Positions 1-9,366 of a DNA stretch of 64,000 bases are shown here, one piece after another. This stretch comes from Caldisericia bacterium (GTDB taxonomy: Bacteria; Caldisericota; Caldisericia; JAAYUI01), in the NCBI GenBank assembly GCA_017992555.1, contig JAGOOK010000003.1:15776-79775 (forward strand), read 5' to 3'. Each line of letters opens with the position of its first letter. Position 1 is the first letter of the stretch. Position numbers and translations under genes: made by a program. A model generated the notes under the pieces. It did no database searches. It was not told the origin of the DNA and was given only the letters and a program-made list of their open reading frames with translations.

Positions 1-163
1 AGGTGAAAATCTCGGAACAACCCGTTGCGTTGGCAACTATACAGTTTGGACCGATTGCATCGATAATCAGCCTCATGCCGAGTGCTTCACCGCAACCTGC
101 ACAGGCGGTGTGACCAGGGGCCAGAAGGTGCTTTTTCATCAGTTTTTGCTTAAGGTCTTCCAT
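1..163 (-). CDS. porB: 2-oxoacid (pyruvate):ferredoxin oxidoreductase beta (TPP) subunit, N-terminal fragment running off the window
   Basis: Minus-strand translation from ATG 163..161 gives MEDLKQKLMKKHLLAPGHTACAGCGEALGMRLIIDAIGPNCIVANATGCSEIFT, a PorB-type N-terminus with the conserved Cys residues. The start overlaps the porA stop (TAATG). An alternative ATG lies at 139. Confidence 0.75.
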   Translation of the reverse strand, partial: MEDLKQKLMKKHLLAPGHTACAGCGEALGMRLIIDAIGPNCIVANATGCSEIFT

Positions 164-1335
164 TATTCCTCCAGAAGGTCCGGCCTGAGCCCGACCCATT
201 CGGAACGGTGGGTCCCGGGGTTTGGCCTGTTGATCATTCCGATTATCTCGTCTTCATGGATGTCCCTGCCACCGAGGCCGTAGATAAAGCTGTCAATTGC
301 TGGTGGATTGGATATTCCATAAAGGGCGGCCCTGATTTCTGAGCCAAGGATTTCTCCATAACCTGCGGACATTGCTCTGTCCATGACAATGACGTGTTTC
401 TTTCCAGAGAGGGCTTCCTTGACTTTTTCGGTCGGAAATGGTCTGAAAGTCTTGATCTTGAGGAGGCCAACTTTTTGGCCCTTGCTCCTGAGCGTGTCAA
501 CAGCTTCTTCGGCAAGACCAGTGATTGAACCCATGGCAACAACAACAGTATCGGCATCATCAAGCTTGTAGCTTCTTATGAGACCGCCTGACGGCCTTCC
601 AAATTTCTTCTCAAATGATGCAGCAACTTCCTCAATTACCTTTGTGGATTCGAGGTTGGCCTTGTGCATCTGGTACCTGACGTCCATGTGGTATGCTGGC
701 TCGGTAAAGCAACCCATTGTTATTGGATTGGCTGGGTCGAGCACCTGGAATGGCTTGTAGGAACCAAGGTATTCATCAACGAGTTTCTGGTCAGGGATGT
801 TTACTGGTTCGAAGGTGTGGGTGATGAGGAAGCCATCAACGTTGACCATGTATGGTAGCTGGACCCTCTCGTCTTCGGCTATCTTGTAACCCATGATGTG
901 AAGATCAAGCGATTCTTGTGCGTCTTCGGCAAATCCCATGATAAAACCGCTGTCGCGCATGAGCATTGCATCCTGCTGGTCAGACCAGATGGAAAGCGGT
1001 GCTGAAAGCGACCTGTTTGCACAGCACATTACGAGTGGAAGTCTCATTCCAGCGCAGTTGTAGAGCACCTCGAGCATGAGTGCCAGGCCCTGGGATGTTG
1101 TTGCAGTGTAGGCCCTGGAGCCGCCTGCAAGGGCGCCAAGAACGACCGATGCGGCACCAAACTCGGACTCGGTATTGACGAATTCGGTTTTGAGCTGGCC
1201 ATCGGCGACCATTTTGGCGAGGTCCTCGACTATGTGCGTCTGTGGGGTGATTGGATATGCAGAGATGACGCCTGGCCTGCAAAGGGCGGCGCCGTGGGCT
1301 ATTGCCAAGCTTCCTTCGATGAGTTCAATTGCCAT
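163..1335 (-). CDS. porA: 2-oxoacid (pyruvate):ferredoxin oxidoreductase alpha subunit
   Basis: 390-aa ORF whose N-terminus AHGAALCRPGVISAYPITPQTHIVE is typical of PorA/VorA. It lies in the gamma-delta-alpha-beta gene order. Confidence 0.9.
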   Translation of the reverse strand: MAIELIEGSLAIAHGAALCRPGVISAYPITPQTHIVEDLAKMVADGQLKTEFVNTESEFGAASVVLGALAGGSRAYTATTSQGLALMLEVLYNCAGMRLPLVMCCANRSLSAPLSIWSDQQDAMLMRDSGFIMGFAEDAQESLDLHIMGYKIAEDERVQLPYMVNVDGFLITHTFEPVNIPDQKLVDEYLGSYKPFQVLDPANPITMGCFTEPAYHMDVRYQMHKANLESTKVIEEVAASFEKKFGRPSGGLIRSYKLDDADTVVVAMGSITGLAEEAVDTLRSKGQKVGLLKIKTFRPFPTEKVKEALSGKKHVIVMDRAMSAGYGEILGSEIRAALYGISNPPAIDSFIYGLGGRDIHEDEIIGMINRPNPGTHRSEWVGLRPDLLEE

Positions 1336-1601
1336 TATCTCACCTCCAGGAGCATTTCAATGCATTTTACTGGGCAAATGTTTGCACAAATTCCGCAACC
1401 TTTGCAATAATCAAGATCTGCATCGTATTTGTGTTCTTTGTCCCCAAAAATTATCCCTTCCGGGCAGTATGTTTCGCATGTTCCGCATGCGATACACTTT
1501 GCGTGGTCAAATTTTGGGTAATAGTTGCGCCAAGAGCCGGTTTTGTTTTCTTTTGATGTTCCGGGCTTGACGTTAATTCCTGGTTTCAACATCTTGCTCA
1601 T
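1335..1601 (-). CDS. porD: 2-oxoacid:ferredoxin oxidoreductase delta subunit (2x[4Fe-4S] ferredoxin)
   Basis: 88 aa with two ferredoxin cluster motifs, CIACGTCETYCP and CKGCGICANICP. It overlaps the neighbouring genes by 1 and 4 nt. Confidence 0.9.
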   Translation of the reverse strand: MSKMLKPGINVKPGTSKENKTGSWRNYYPKFDHAKCIACGTCETYCPEGIIFGDKEHKYDADLDYCKGCGICANICPVKCIEMLLEVR

Positions 1602-2143
1602 TTGGCCTCCTTTGCCGCATTGTAGGCCTTCCTGCAGGCCCTGGCGTTTTTTTCGCCAAGCTCGCCTGGGAACCTTTCCTTGACGGCCTTTTCGACCGAT
1701 TCAATTTTAATGAGCCCTGTGGCTCCGGCAAATGCACCGATCATTACGGTGTTCGGGATTGGTCTGCCAATTTCTTCTACGGCAATTTCCAGTGCCGGGA
1801 CAGTTATTATCCTGGCCTTTGTTTTAAGGCCAAGCTCTTCCGGTTTTTTTGCCGTATTGACGATCACGAGGCCATCTTCCTTGAGTCCGAACAGAAGATC
1901 GACAACACCGATCAAAGTTGGGTCCTGGATGATCAGGAAATCTGGATGAAGGATCTGGGCCCTTGTCCTGATTTTCTTGTCAGAAATTCTGGCGAAGGCC
2001 TGAATGGGCGCACCTTTGCGCTCGGAACCGAAGCTTGGGAATGCCTGGGAATTCTGTCCGTCCAGGAATGCCGCAACAGCAAGGATTTCCGAAGCGGTGA
2101 CGCACCCTTGACCTCCGCGGCCGTGAATGCGTATCTCTTTCAT
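1598..2143 (-). CDS. porG: 2-oxoacid:ferredoxin oxidoreductase gamma subunit
   Basis: 181 aa starting MKEIRIHGRGGQGCVTASEILA (GRGGQG motif of gamma subunits). It is the first gene of the por cluster. Confidence 0.9.
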   Translation of the reverse strand: MKEIRIHGRGGQGCVTASEILAVAAFLDGQNSQAFPSFGSERKGAPIQAFARISDKKIRTRAQILHPDFLIIQDPTLIGVVDLLFGLKEDGLVIVNTAKKPEELGLKTKARIITVPALEIAVEEIGRPIPNTVMIGAFAGATGLIKIESVEKAVKERFPGELGEKNARACRKAYNAAKEAK

Positions 2144-2178
2144 TTTTTCTCACCTTTCCAATTGTATTATGAGCCACG

Positions 2179-2961
2179 GTGGATTATAAACACAAAGGCA
2201 CTTTATCAAAGGGTGGTATGGTAAACATGGACGAAATAAAAAATGCTGTTGATCTGCTATTAAAAGCAGGCAGAGTTTCAGCTCTTACGGGGGCTGGGAT
2301 GTCTGCCGAGAGTGGCATACAGACTTTCCGTGACAAAGATGGCGTCTGGACAAAGATGGATCCGATGAAATGGGCAACCAGAGAGGGCTACCTTGAAAAC
2401 CCAAAGCTCGTGTGGGAATGGTATGAAGCTAGAAGAAACCAGGTGAAAAACTCAAAACCGAATGATGGACATTGTGCAATGGCGGAATTTGAGAACATTT
2501 TCGGTCATTTTTCGGTTGCTACACAAAATATAGACGGTTTTCACAAGCTTTCTGGTTCAAAAAACGTGTATGAGCTCCATGGCAACATATTCAGAAACAA
2601 GTGCTTCGATGAAGACAAAATCCTTGAAGAACTTGATGAAACAAGCATTCCACCAAGATGCCCCTATTGTGGTTCTTTAGCCAGGCCTGATGTGGTGTGG
2701 TTTGGGGAGATACTACCGCAAGAAGTTTGGGAAGCTGCTTTTGATGATGCAAAAAACTCTGATTTCTACATGGTGGTTGGTACTTCAGGGGCTGTCTATC
2801 CTGCCGCTGGCCTTGCCGGGATTGCAAAAAAGAATGGTGCAAAGGTAATCATTGTAAATCCTGAGGACTCCGAGATTGATTTGCTGGCAGATGTTTTGAT
2901 AAAAGGCAAATCGGGAGAGGTTCTGCCAGAAATTCTCAGAGGGCTTCAAGCCAGTAAATAG
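2179..2961 (+). CDS. cobB: NAD-dependent protein deacylase, Sir2 family
   Basis: Has the GAGMSAESGIQTFRD NAD-binding motif, YELHGN catalytic His and a CPYCG zinc-ribbon half-site. The true start is probably an internal ATG at 2218 or 2227 (MVNMDEIK...). Confidence 0.88.
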   Translation: MDYKHKGTLSKGGMVNMDEIKNAVDLLLKAGRVSALTGAGMSAESGIQTFRDKDGVWTKMDPMKWATREGYLENPKLVWEWYEARRNQVKNSKPNDGHCAMAEFENIFGHFSVATQNIDGFHKLSGSKNVYELHGNIFRNKCFDEDKILEELDETSIPPRCPYCGSLARPDVVWFGEILPQEVWEAAFDDAKNSDFYMVVGTSGAVYPAAGLAGIAKKNGAKVIIVNPEDSEIDLLADVLIKGKSGEVLPEILRGLQASK

Positions 2962-3085
2962 CCCGGATTGCCCATAAAGATTCCAAAAATAATCTATCTT
3001 CTCCCTGCCAGTTTCTGGCAAAAGATTGACAAAGCCTTCTTTTGGAAATAATTTAAATGTAATCTGATGTTGTCAGGAGGACGAG

Positions 3086-4015
3086 ATGAAAAGAGTTATT
3101 TTCGCAGTCTTTTTGATATCGGCAATAGCTATCCTGTTTGTTGGCCCTGCCTTCTCGCAGGAAAACAAAAATTCACTACCGCCAACAACTATTACGGGCG
3201 TTCCATCCACGCCAGACGAGATAATGGCTGCCCAGAAAAGAAATTATGTCCAGTTTCCAATTTTAAATGGCAAATATGGCCAGATATGGCTTACTCCCAA
3301 GGGGGAGGCAAAAATAACCGCCAGAAACATAAAGGGGCTTATTACAGGTGATATTATCGAAGTTGATAATGACGGGACAAGCGCCTGCTCAATTGATTTT
3401 GACAACTTTACCTCAGTCTATCTCAAAACGGACAGTGCCATCGAATTTGTCGACACCACACCAACAAAAATGAAAATAAGGCTTTTGAAAGGTGACATGC
3501 TCTTTGTTTCAAAAAAATCCTCAGGGATCGAGCTTGTCCAGGACGGTTGGGCAACCCAGGGGCTTGAAGGAACGTTCACCTTTTCGGTGACCAGAGACAG
3601 CTCCGAAATGAGCGTTGTTGAAGGCACGACTGCATTCAAAATAGAAAAACTAGGTTCCGTTTACAAAATAGACGCGGGCAACACTGCAATAATAACGAAG
3701 GATGGCATTGGCGAAATTGACCCGACTGGCATATCGCCGTTGCGCTTCTGGGACGACACCATATCAAACCTGAACCCGACACTGCCAAAATCAAAAGAAG
3801 CTGTTGAACCATCAACTGCTTTTTCGCTTGGCGCAATTCTGCTGATTGTTGTTGCGGCAATCATCGTTGGTTTGCTTGTCTACATTGCCTACAGGACAAT
3901 CAACAAGAGGCCAAAGGTGGAGATCGAAAGGGTTGATGAGCCGAAGCCGCGCACAGAGGATATTGTCGCATCCGAGATTGAGGAAATCACCACTGACGAG
4001 ACGATAATAAAGTAA
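3086..4015 (+). CDS. Signal-peptide protein with FecR-like beta domain and C-terminal TM anchor, function unknown
   Basis: N-terminal signal MKRVIFAVFLISAIAILFVGPAFSQ. The middle part resembles the FecR fold (GDIIEVDNDGTSACSIDF...KIRLLKGDMLF). The C-terminal TM is AILLIVVAAIIVGLLVYIAY, followed by an acidic tail. Confidence 0.5.
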   Translation: MKRVIFAVFLISAIAILFVGPAFSQENKNSLPPTTITGVPSTPDEIMAAQKRNYVQFPILNGKYGQIWLTPKGEAKITARNIKGLITGDIIEVDNDGTSACSIDFDNFTSVYLKTDSAIEFVDTTPTKMKIRLLKGDMLFVSKKSSGIELVQDGWATQGLEGTFTFSVTRDSSEMSVVEGTTAFKIEKLGSVYKIDAGNTAIITKDGIGEIDPTGISPLRFWDDTISNLNPTLPKSKEAVEPSTAFSLGAILLIVVAAIIVGLLVYIAYRTINKRPKVEIERVDEPKPRTEDIVASEIEEITTDETIIK

Positions 4016-4045
4016 TGCTTTGAAAATAAGAGAGGCAAAGAACTT

Positions 4046-4978
4046 ATGATTAAATATTTTGATTGCATAATACCTGTATTGAAAGTTCTTTCTGACGGCA
4101 AGGAGTGGAAGAAAAAAGATGTTTATGAGCCAGTGGCGAAAATGATGGGTTTAACAGAGGAAGAAAAGAATGAAAGACTTACCTCTGGTTCATTGAAGTA
4201 TCAAAACAGGGTTGCATGGTCTTTTTTGTATCTAACAAAATCTGGTCTTATTGTGAGAACAAAGCCTGCTTTTGTCATGATCACCGAGGACGGTAAGAAT
4301 TTGTTGAAAGATAACCCGGCCAAAATAGACAACAATTTCCTGATGGAGCGATACCCTAAATATAGAGAATGGGTTTCAAATTACACTCAAAGAGAACAAA
4401 AGAAAGATGACGGTAAAAAGGAAGCACTGGAGGGATTTGATACTTGTAGGAGTGTGACCCCCGAAGAAGAGATAGATCGAGCTTGCAGGGATTTGAGGGA
4501 AAACCTTGCAGACGAGTTGCTTGAAACAGTAAAGAGGGTCGACCCGTCATTTTTTGAAAAACTTGTCATCGACCTGCTTTTGAAGATGGGCTATGGTGGT
4601 TCGAGGGCCGAGGCTGGCAAGGCAGTTGGAAAAACAGGTGATGGCGGGATTGATGGCATTATTGATGAAGACAAGCTTGGTCTGGACAAGATCTATATCC
4701 AGGCCAAGAGGTGGGAAAATACCGTTGGAAGACCGATTGTTCAAGCTTTTGTGGGCAGTCTGGCTGGCAATCACTCAAAAAAAGGCATTTTTATCACTAC
4801 TTCTGATTTCACAAAAGATGCCAGGGAATACATAGATAAAATTGACAGCCGGATTTCGCTTGTTGATGGCAGGAAGCTCGTTGAGTTAATGATTGACCAC
4901 GGGCTTGGCGTAAGCACGAGCAATACATACGAAATCAAGAAAGTCGACAGGGACTATTTCCCTGAGGACCTATTCTAG
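4046..4978 (+). CDS. mrr: Mrr-family type IV restriction endonuclease
   Basis: Mrr N-terminal winged-helix region followed by the catalytic core GDGGIDGIIDEDKLGLDKIYIQAKRW (D...(D/E)xK PD-(D/E)xK signature of Mrr_cat). Confidence 0.85.
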   Translation: MIKYFDCIIPVLKVLSDGKEWKKKDVYEPVAKMMGLTEEEKNERLTSGSLKYQNRVAWSFLYLTKSGLIVRTKPAFVMITEDGKNLLKDNPAKIDNNFLMERYPKYREWVSNYTQREQKKDDGKKEALEGFDTCRSVTPEEEIDRACRDLRENLADELLETVKRVDPSFFEKLVIDLLLKMGYGGSRAEAGKAVGKTGDGGIDGIIDEDKLGLDKIYIQAKRWENTVGRPIVQAFVGSLAGNHSKKGIFITTSDFTKDAREYIDKIDSRISLVDGRKLVELMIDHGLGVSTSNTYEIKKVDRDYFPEDLF

Positions 4979-5554
4979 TTCGTCCTGGTCTTTTGGCACA
5001 AAATTGAATTTGTTGCCGGCCGCCTGGTAGCCTTCCTTTATCAGAAAAAGGCAAGCCTGTGCGGCTTTTTTTACTGCCTCCCTCAATCCATCGTCTTTGG
5101 CCCTTGAAAGGACAAAATCAACGACTTCATCTTTTGTCTCCGGCCTTCCGACGCCTATTTTGATCCTGTAGAAATCGGATTTTCCGGTTTCTTTTATGAT
5201 GGATGCAATTCCCTTGTGCCCGCCATTTGAACCGCTTTTTCTGATTCTAAGCGCTCCTGAAGGAAGGTCTATGTCATCATGAATGATTATCCAGTGGTCG
5301 GAAGGCACCTCATTGGCATTTGCGAGACACCCGACTGGCCCACCAGACAGATTCATGAAAGAAAGAGGTTTTGCAATCACAAATTTCATTTCATCAAATT
5401 CCAGCCTGGCGATTTTGGCCCCGCAGGACATCCTTGAAATCCTTGCTTTCAATGATTTTGCAAGGGTATCCACAGCATCAAAACCGACATTGTGCCGCGT
5501 GTGCGCGTATTTGAGCCCGGGGTTGCCGAGTCCTACTATGAGCCATTTTTCCAT
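4970..5554 (-). CDS. pth: Peptidyl-tRNA hydrolase
   Basis: 194 aa with LIVGLGNPGLKYAHTRHNVGF, the canonical Pth N-terminus. Its 3' end overlaps mrr convergently by 9 nt. Confidence 0.95.
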   Translation of the reverse strand: MEKWLIVGLGNPGLKYAHTRHNVGFDAVDTLAKSLKARISRMSCGAKIARLEFDEMKFVIAKPLSFMNLSGGPVGCLANANEVPSDHWIIIHDDIDLPSGALRIRKSGSNGGHKGIASIIKETGKSDFYRIKIGVGRPETKDEVVDFVLSRAKDDGLREAVKKAAQACLFLIKEGYQAAGNKFNFVPKDQDELE

Positions 5555-5628
5555 ACGGGAACATTATCTACAAAAAAGTCCGGCAGTCACGATTAAATTA
5601 TTTACACAAATTGCAATTTGCGACCAAA

Positions 5629-5660
5629 TAAAAAACGGCCCTCAAAAGGGCCGTTTTTTA
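5629..5660 (-). terminator. Rho-independent (bidirectional-looking) terminator after the serC-serA-DUF1015 operon
   Basis: CGGCCCT-CAAA-AGGGCCG hairpin flanked by an A-run on one side and a T-run on the other, 22 nt after the DUF1015 stop. Confidence 0.6.
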
Positions 5661-5681
5661 TTTTTCTGATCAAGCTTCCGA

Positions 5682-7022
5682 CTACTTAACAGTCTCTTTA
5701 TCCGGGAAGTACTGAATCACAAGCCCTGACTGGACTTTTGGGAAATAGTCCGTTGACTTCTGCGGCATTGTCTCAAAGTGTTTTGTTACGTCTTCGACCT
5801 GGGTTGTGAGCGTCGGATTCATGAGGAAGACGCACTGGTGAGTGCCCTTGGCCACAGGTTCGACCGCTTCCGGAACGTACCTTTCATAGTCGACGTTTGT
5901 CTGGGCAGCAAGCTTTGCATCGTCAATTCCCAGCTGTTTTTCAAGTATCAGCTTGTGGAGGATTGTTACATCCAGCCTCTTCCAGTCGTTGGATTTTTCA
6001 ACTGGAATGGAATCGGCGATTGACAGGTTCTTGAGTGTCAGCATGTACATCTTTTTTGAACCCTTCGGGAAGTACCCGAAGGCGTGCTTGTCCACGTTTT
6101 TCCCCATCATTTCGACCAGTTTCCTTGCGGTGTCGACTGCTGATCCGGAAATTTCAATCTCTGTTGCGTCAAAACTTCCCTTGAGTTGTTCAAGCAGCTT
6201 TGCTCCATCAAAATTTGGAACATCGCGGACCAGCCTGTGGGTTGGGAAAACGTAAAGGTTTGGATCGGCCATGTTGACATAGGCGATCATCCTGTAGTTC
6301 CAGCCTTCTTTGCCGGTGAAGCCAGGATTTTTCTCCCTCATCTCGTTGCGGTAGTTGAGGGCGGTTTCGTACCTGTGGTGGCCATCGCAGATGATAGTTG
6401 TTTTTGGCTCCATCAGGTCCTGCACCTTTTTTATTGTTGCCGGATCACTGATTTTCCAGATCTTGTGGTGGGTCTTATATTCGTCTACAGCATCGAATAG
6501 GGGTTCCGAGCTAGTTTTTGCAGAGAGGGTTTTGTTGATTGCCTCTTCATTGTCTCTGTAGAACATCAAAACCAGACCAGTGTTTGTTTTTGTTGACCTC
6601 ATAAGCATGAGCCTGTCCTGTTTTGGGCCAGAGAGTGTGTGCTCGTGAGGATAGACAATCTTTTCCGAATACTCGTGGAGTTTGCCTAGTGCTATGAAGC
6701 TCATGCGGGTAACGGTCTTGCCTGTATCAGGATGGATATACTCCTGGTTGTAGACATAGATGCATGGTTCCTGGTCGCGCTCAAAAATGTTCTCCGCCAT
6801 CCACAGTTTCGTGTACCATTCTGCCCTGACATACTTGTTGTAGTTCTCGTCGTCCCCCTGGAGGTCCTTTCCCAGCTCAACGCGGATGGCGTTGTAAGGC
6901 GAGGTCTTGTAGTATTCCTCCTGCATTTTTGGGGTGATTTTGTCGTATGGCTGGGTGATCAGGTCCTGTATGTTGCCAGCCTGTTTGCTGTAGTGGACTC
7001 CTTTGAAGGGGAGTATTTCCAT
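5682..7022 (-). CDS. DUF1015-family protein
   Basis: 446 aa. The N-terminus MEILPFKGVHYS...ITQPYDKI matches the characteristic DUF1015 start (PF.alrY...PPYD). It begins 6 nt downstream of serA. Confidence 0.8.
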   Translation of the reverse strand: MEILPFKGVHYSKQAGNIQDLITQPYDKITPKMQEEYYKTSPYNAIRVELGKDLQGDDENYNKYVRAEWYTKLWMAENIFERDQEPCIYVYNQEYIHPDTGKTVTRMSFIALGKLHEYSEKIVYPHEHTLSGPKQDRLMLMRSTKTNTGLVLMFYRDNEEAINKTLSAKTSSEPLFDAVDEYKTHHKIWKISDPATIKKVQDLMEPKTTIICDGHHRYETALNYRNEMREKNPGFTGKEGWNYRMIAYVNMADPNLYVFPTHRLVRDVPNFDGAKLLEQLKGSFDATEIEISGSAVDTARKLVEMMGKNVDKHAFGYFPKGSKKMYMLTLKNLSIADSIPVEKSNDWKRLDVTILHKLILEKQLGIDDAKLAAQTNVDYERYVPEAVEPVAKGTHQCVFLMNPTLTTQVEDVTKHFETMPQKSTDYFPKVQSGLVIQYFPDKETVK

Positions 7023-7028
7023 CGATTT

Positions 7029-7943
7029 CTATTTTCCTTCCTTGAAGAATTCGGCAATCTTTTCTGCCAGCTGGACACCAGCCCTTGTCTGGCCTTCTTC
7101 GGTGGCGGCGCCAATGTGTGGGGTAAGGGCAACATTCGGCAGGGAGGCCAGCTTGTTTACTCCTTCTGGTGGCTCTTTTTCGAAGACGTCAATGCCGGCC
7201 GCGAAGAGTTTTCCTTCTTTCAGTGCATTATAGAGTGCCTCTTCGTTGACAGTGCCGCCCCTTGCGCAGTTTACAAGGACGAGGCCTTTTTTGCATTTGT
7301 CAAAGTCCTGTTTGTCCAGAATGTTCTTTGTTTCAGGGGTAAGCGGGATATGGAGTGAAATGAAATCTGCTTTTGCAAGGAGTTCATCTTTGCTCACCAT
7401 GCGTATGCCCTGCATGCCAGGATCAGAGACGTATGGATCGAAGGCGATTACTTCCATTCCAAATGCAATTGCCCTCTTGGCTGTTTCCCTGCCGATTCTT
7501 CCAACACCAATGAGTCCCAGTGTTTTTCCGTAGAGCTCCACGCCTTCCATGGCCTTCTTTTCCCACTTGCCCTCTTTCATGGTGGCTGTTCCGTAGCCAA
7601 TCCAGCGGGAAGCGGCAAGCATGTGGCCAATTGCCAGTTCTGCAACACTGATTGATGTTGCTGCCGGGGTATTTACAACCTTGATCCCCTTTTCTTTTGC
7701 AGCACCAGAGTCAACATTGTCCAGACCAACACCGGCTCTTCCGATGATCCTCAGTTTTGAGCCGGCTTTGATTACGTCAGCAGTGACCTTTGTGGCCGAC
7801 CTGACGATGATGGCATCATAGCCCCCGATTGAACCGACAAGCTCCTCGGGCGTCATTTTTTTGACAACGACCTCGTGCCCTTCCTTTTGCAGAAGGTCCA
7901 CTCCTGCTTTTGCTATTGGATCAGAAACCAATATCTTGGCCAT
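7029..7943 (-). CDS. serA: D-3-phosphoglycerate dehydrogenase (short form without ACT domain) / D-2-hydroxyacid dehydrogenase
   Basis: 304 aa with the NAD Rossmann motif GLIGVGRIGRETA and the catalytic region NCARGG...TPHIGA. Adjacent to the serC-like gene. Confidence 0.8.
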   Translation of the reverse strand: MAKILVSDPIAKAGVDLLQKEGHEVVVKKMTPEELVGSIGGYDAIIVRSATKVTADVIKAGSKLRIIGRAGVGLDNVDSGAAKEKGIKVVNTPAATSISVAELAIGHMLAASRWIGYGTATMKEGKWEKKAMEGVELYGKTLGLIGVGRIGRETAKRAIAFGMEVIAFDPYVSDPGMQGIRMVSKDELLAKADFISLHIPLTPETKNILDKQDFDKCKKGLVLVNCARGGTVNEEALYNALKEGKLFAAGIDVFEKEPPEGVNKLASLPNVALTPHIGAATEEGQTRAGVQLAEKIAEFFKEGK

Positions 7944-7962
7944 AAAAACACCCCCTTTAGGT

Positions 7963-9108
7963 TTATTCTTGTGACATCTCCTTCATGAAGGCAGAGACGC
8001 CAGAACCGATTTCAAACTTGTGTCCAAGCTCTTTGAGTGTGAGTTCAAGAGCTGCCAGGCAGGCCAGCTCGGAATACATGTCCATGTATCCCATGTGACC
8101 AAGCCTGAAGATTTTGCCTGAGAAGTCACCCTGGCCACCGGCGATTGTGACACCATATTTGTCCCTTATGACTGAGGTTACCTTCTTGCCATCAACGCCA
8201 TCCGGGATCTTAACTGTTGTTACTGCATCACCCGGGCATTTTGCAAAGAGTTCGAGATTCATTGCTTTCATGGCGGTTCTGATACCCTTGGCAAGCTTTG
8301 TTGATCTTGCCCAGACATTTTCAAGCCCCTCGGCCTTCATCATCTCGAGCGCCTTGTCGGCCTGGTAAATGATCCCGATCGGCGGTGTCCATGGGGTCTC
8401 GTTGTCAACAAGCTTCTTCTGGAATAGCTTGAGGTCAAAATAGAACTTGTGCTGCTTGTTGTTTTCAACAAGCTTCCATGCCTTTTCATTCAGGCAGATG
8501 AATGCCATTCCTGGCGGAAGCATCATGCCCTTTTGTGAACCACCGACCACCACATCAACGTTCCACTCGTCCATCTTGAGTGGCACAACGCCGATACCTG
8601 AAACGCCGTCGACCACGAGGATTGCATTGGTCTTGTTGACTATCTTTGCAAAACCTGCAGTGTCAGAACATGCACCAGTCGATGTTTCGGAGAGCTGGCA
8701 AAAAACAGCCACTGTGTCTGGGTTTGCTTTTAATGCTGTTTCCAGTTCAGCCGGGGTCGCCATGTCGCCCCAATCTTTCTTGATTTCGACAATATTAGCG
8801 CCGTATGCTTTGTTGATCTTGACCCATCTTCCACCAAAGTTGCCAGCATTGATGATAATTACTTTGTCCCCAGGATTAATAAGGTTCTGGACGGCTGTTT
8901 CCATGGCACCTGATCCTGATGAGGCCAGGAGATAGGAGTCATACTTGGTCCCAAGGAGCCATTTCATGTCGTCCGTCACCTTGCGGAACATCTTCTTGGC
9001 GACTGGATGCTTGTGGTGCGTTATTTCCCTTGCGCCCTCAAGCCTTACCTCTTCTGGAAGCGGGGTTGGACCCGGTGCGAGCAAAAATTTGTACAATGTT
9101 TTCATCAA
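7963..9108 (-). CDS. serC: Class-V aminotransferase, probable phosphoserine (serine-pyruvate type) aminotransferase
   Basis: 381 aa with LLAPGPTPLP, SGSGAMETA, and PLP-lysine context GGSQKGMMLPPG. Operonic with serA. Confidence 0.78.
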   Translation of the reverse strand: MMKTLYKFLLAPGPTPLPEEVRLEGAREITHHKHPVAKKMFRKVTDDMKWLLGTKYDSYLLASSGSGAMETAVQNLINPGDKVIIINAGNFGGRWVKINKAYGANIVEIKKDWGDMATPAELETALKANPDTVAVFCQLSETSTGACSDTAGFAKIVNKTNAILVVDGVSGIGVVPLKMDEWNVDVVVGGSQKGMMLPPGMAFICLNEKAWKLVENNKQHKFYFDLKLFQKKLVDNETPWTPPIGIIYQADKALEMMKAEGLENVWARSTKLAKGIRTAMKAMNLELFAKCPGDAVTTVKIPDGVDGKKVTSVIRDKYGVTIAGGQGDFSGKIFRLGHMGYMDMYSELACLAALELTLKELGHKFEIGSGVSAFMKEMSQE

Positions 9109-9366
9109 AAAACTCCTTTCGGTTTATTGTGGCCGGGGCGGTGTTCCGCCGCGGTTAACTGCATGGTCTTGCGTCAAAAGCTCTATGTTATTTTGTGTCC
9201 GGATTTTTTTGATATGAGGATACTTACAGGGCGATCCTTTTCTGTTTGAAGCGCTGTTCCCATGCCAATCGCGGTTGCATTTTGGGTCTGGTAGGATACC
9301 CCTGTCCAAAGGGAAAGCGCTTGAGAGCGATATTATTTCAATCACTTCACTCCTTCCGGGCCTCCT
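9109..9366 (-). promoter_or_regulatory. Long (~250 nt) structured 5' leader of serC, class unassigned
   Basis: Lies between the predicted promoter and the serC ATG. A long-range helix AGCGCUUUCCC...GGGAACAGCGCU encloses smaller hairpins. A GGCGG-AACA-CCGCC hairpin sits near the SD. Confidence 0.3.

Noticed and set aside
4046-4978. mrr considered as part of a defence island.
   Set aside because: No methyltransferase, specificity subunit or other defence gene is adjacent. The neighbours are a FecR-like envelope protein and pth, so it is treated as a solitary type IV enzyme.
6732-7358. Long antisense ORFs: this one plus 8447..8935, 18348..19031, 20539..21129, 35904..36452, 40552..41160, 48548..49129 and 54125..54544.
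   Set aside because: Each lies fully inside and opposite a gene with strong family motifs and has a skewed, low-complexity composition, so they are shadow ORFs.
9109-9366. Attempt to classify the serC leader as a T-box, glycine, SAM or SRP/6S-like RNA, together with the 73-aa ORF 9124..9345.
   Set aside because: I found no T-box 14-mer (GGUGGUACCGCG-like), no specifier or AGAGA elements and no glycine-riboswitch core. The CCCGGAAGG segment lacks the SRP helix-8 partner. The ORF has no SD and an implausible composition. I kept the region only as an unclassified leader.
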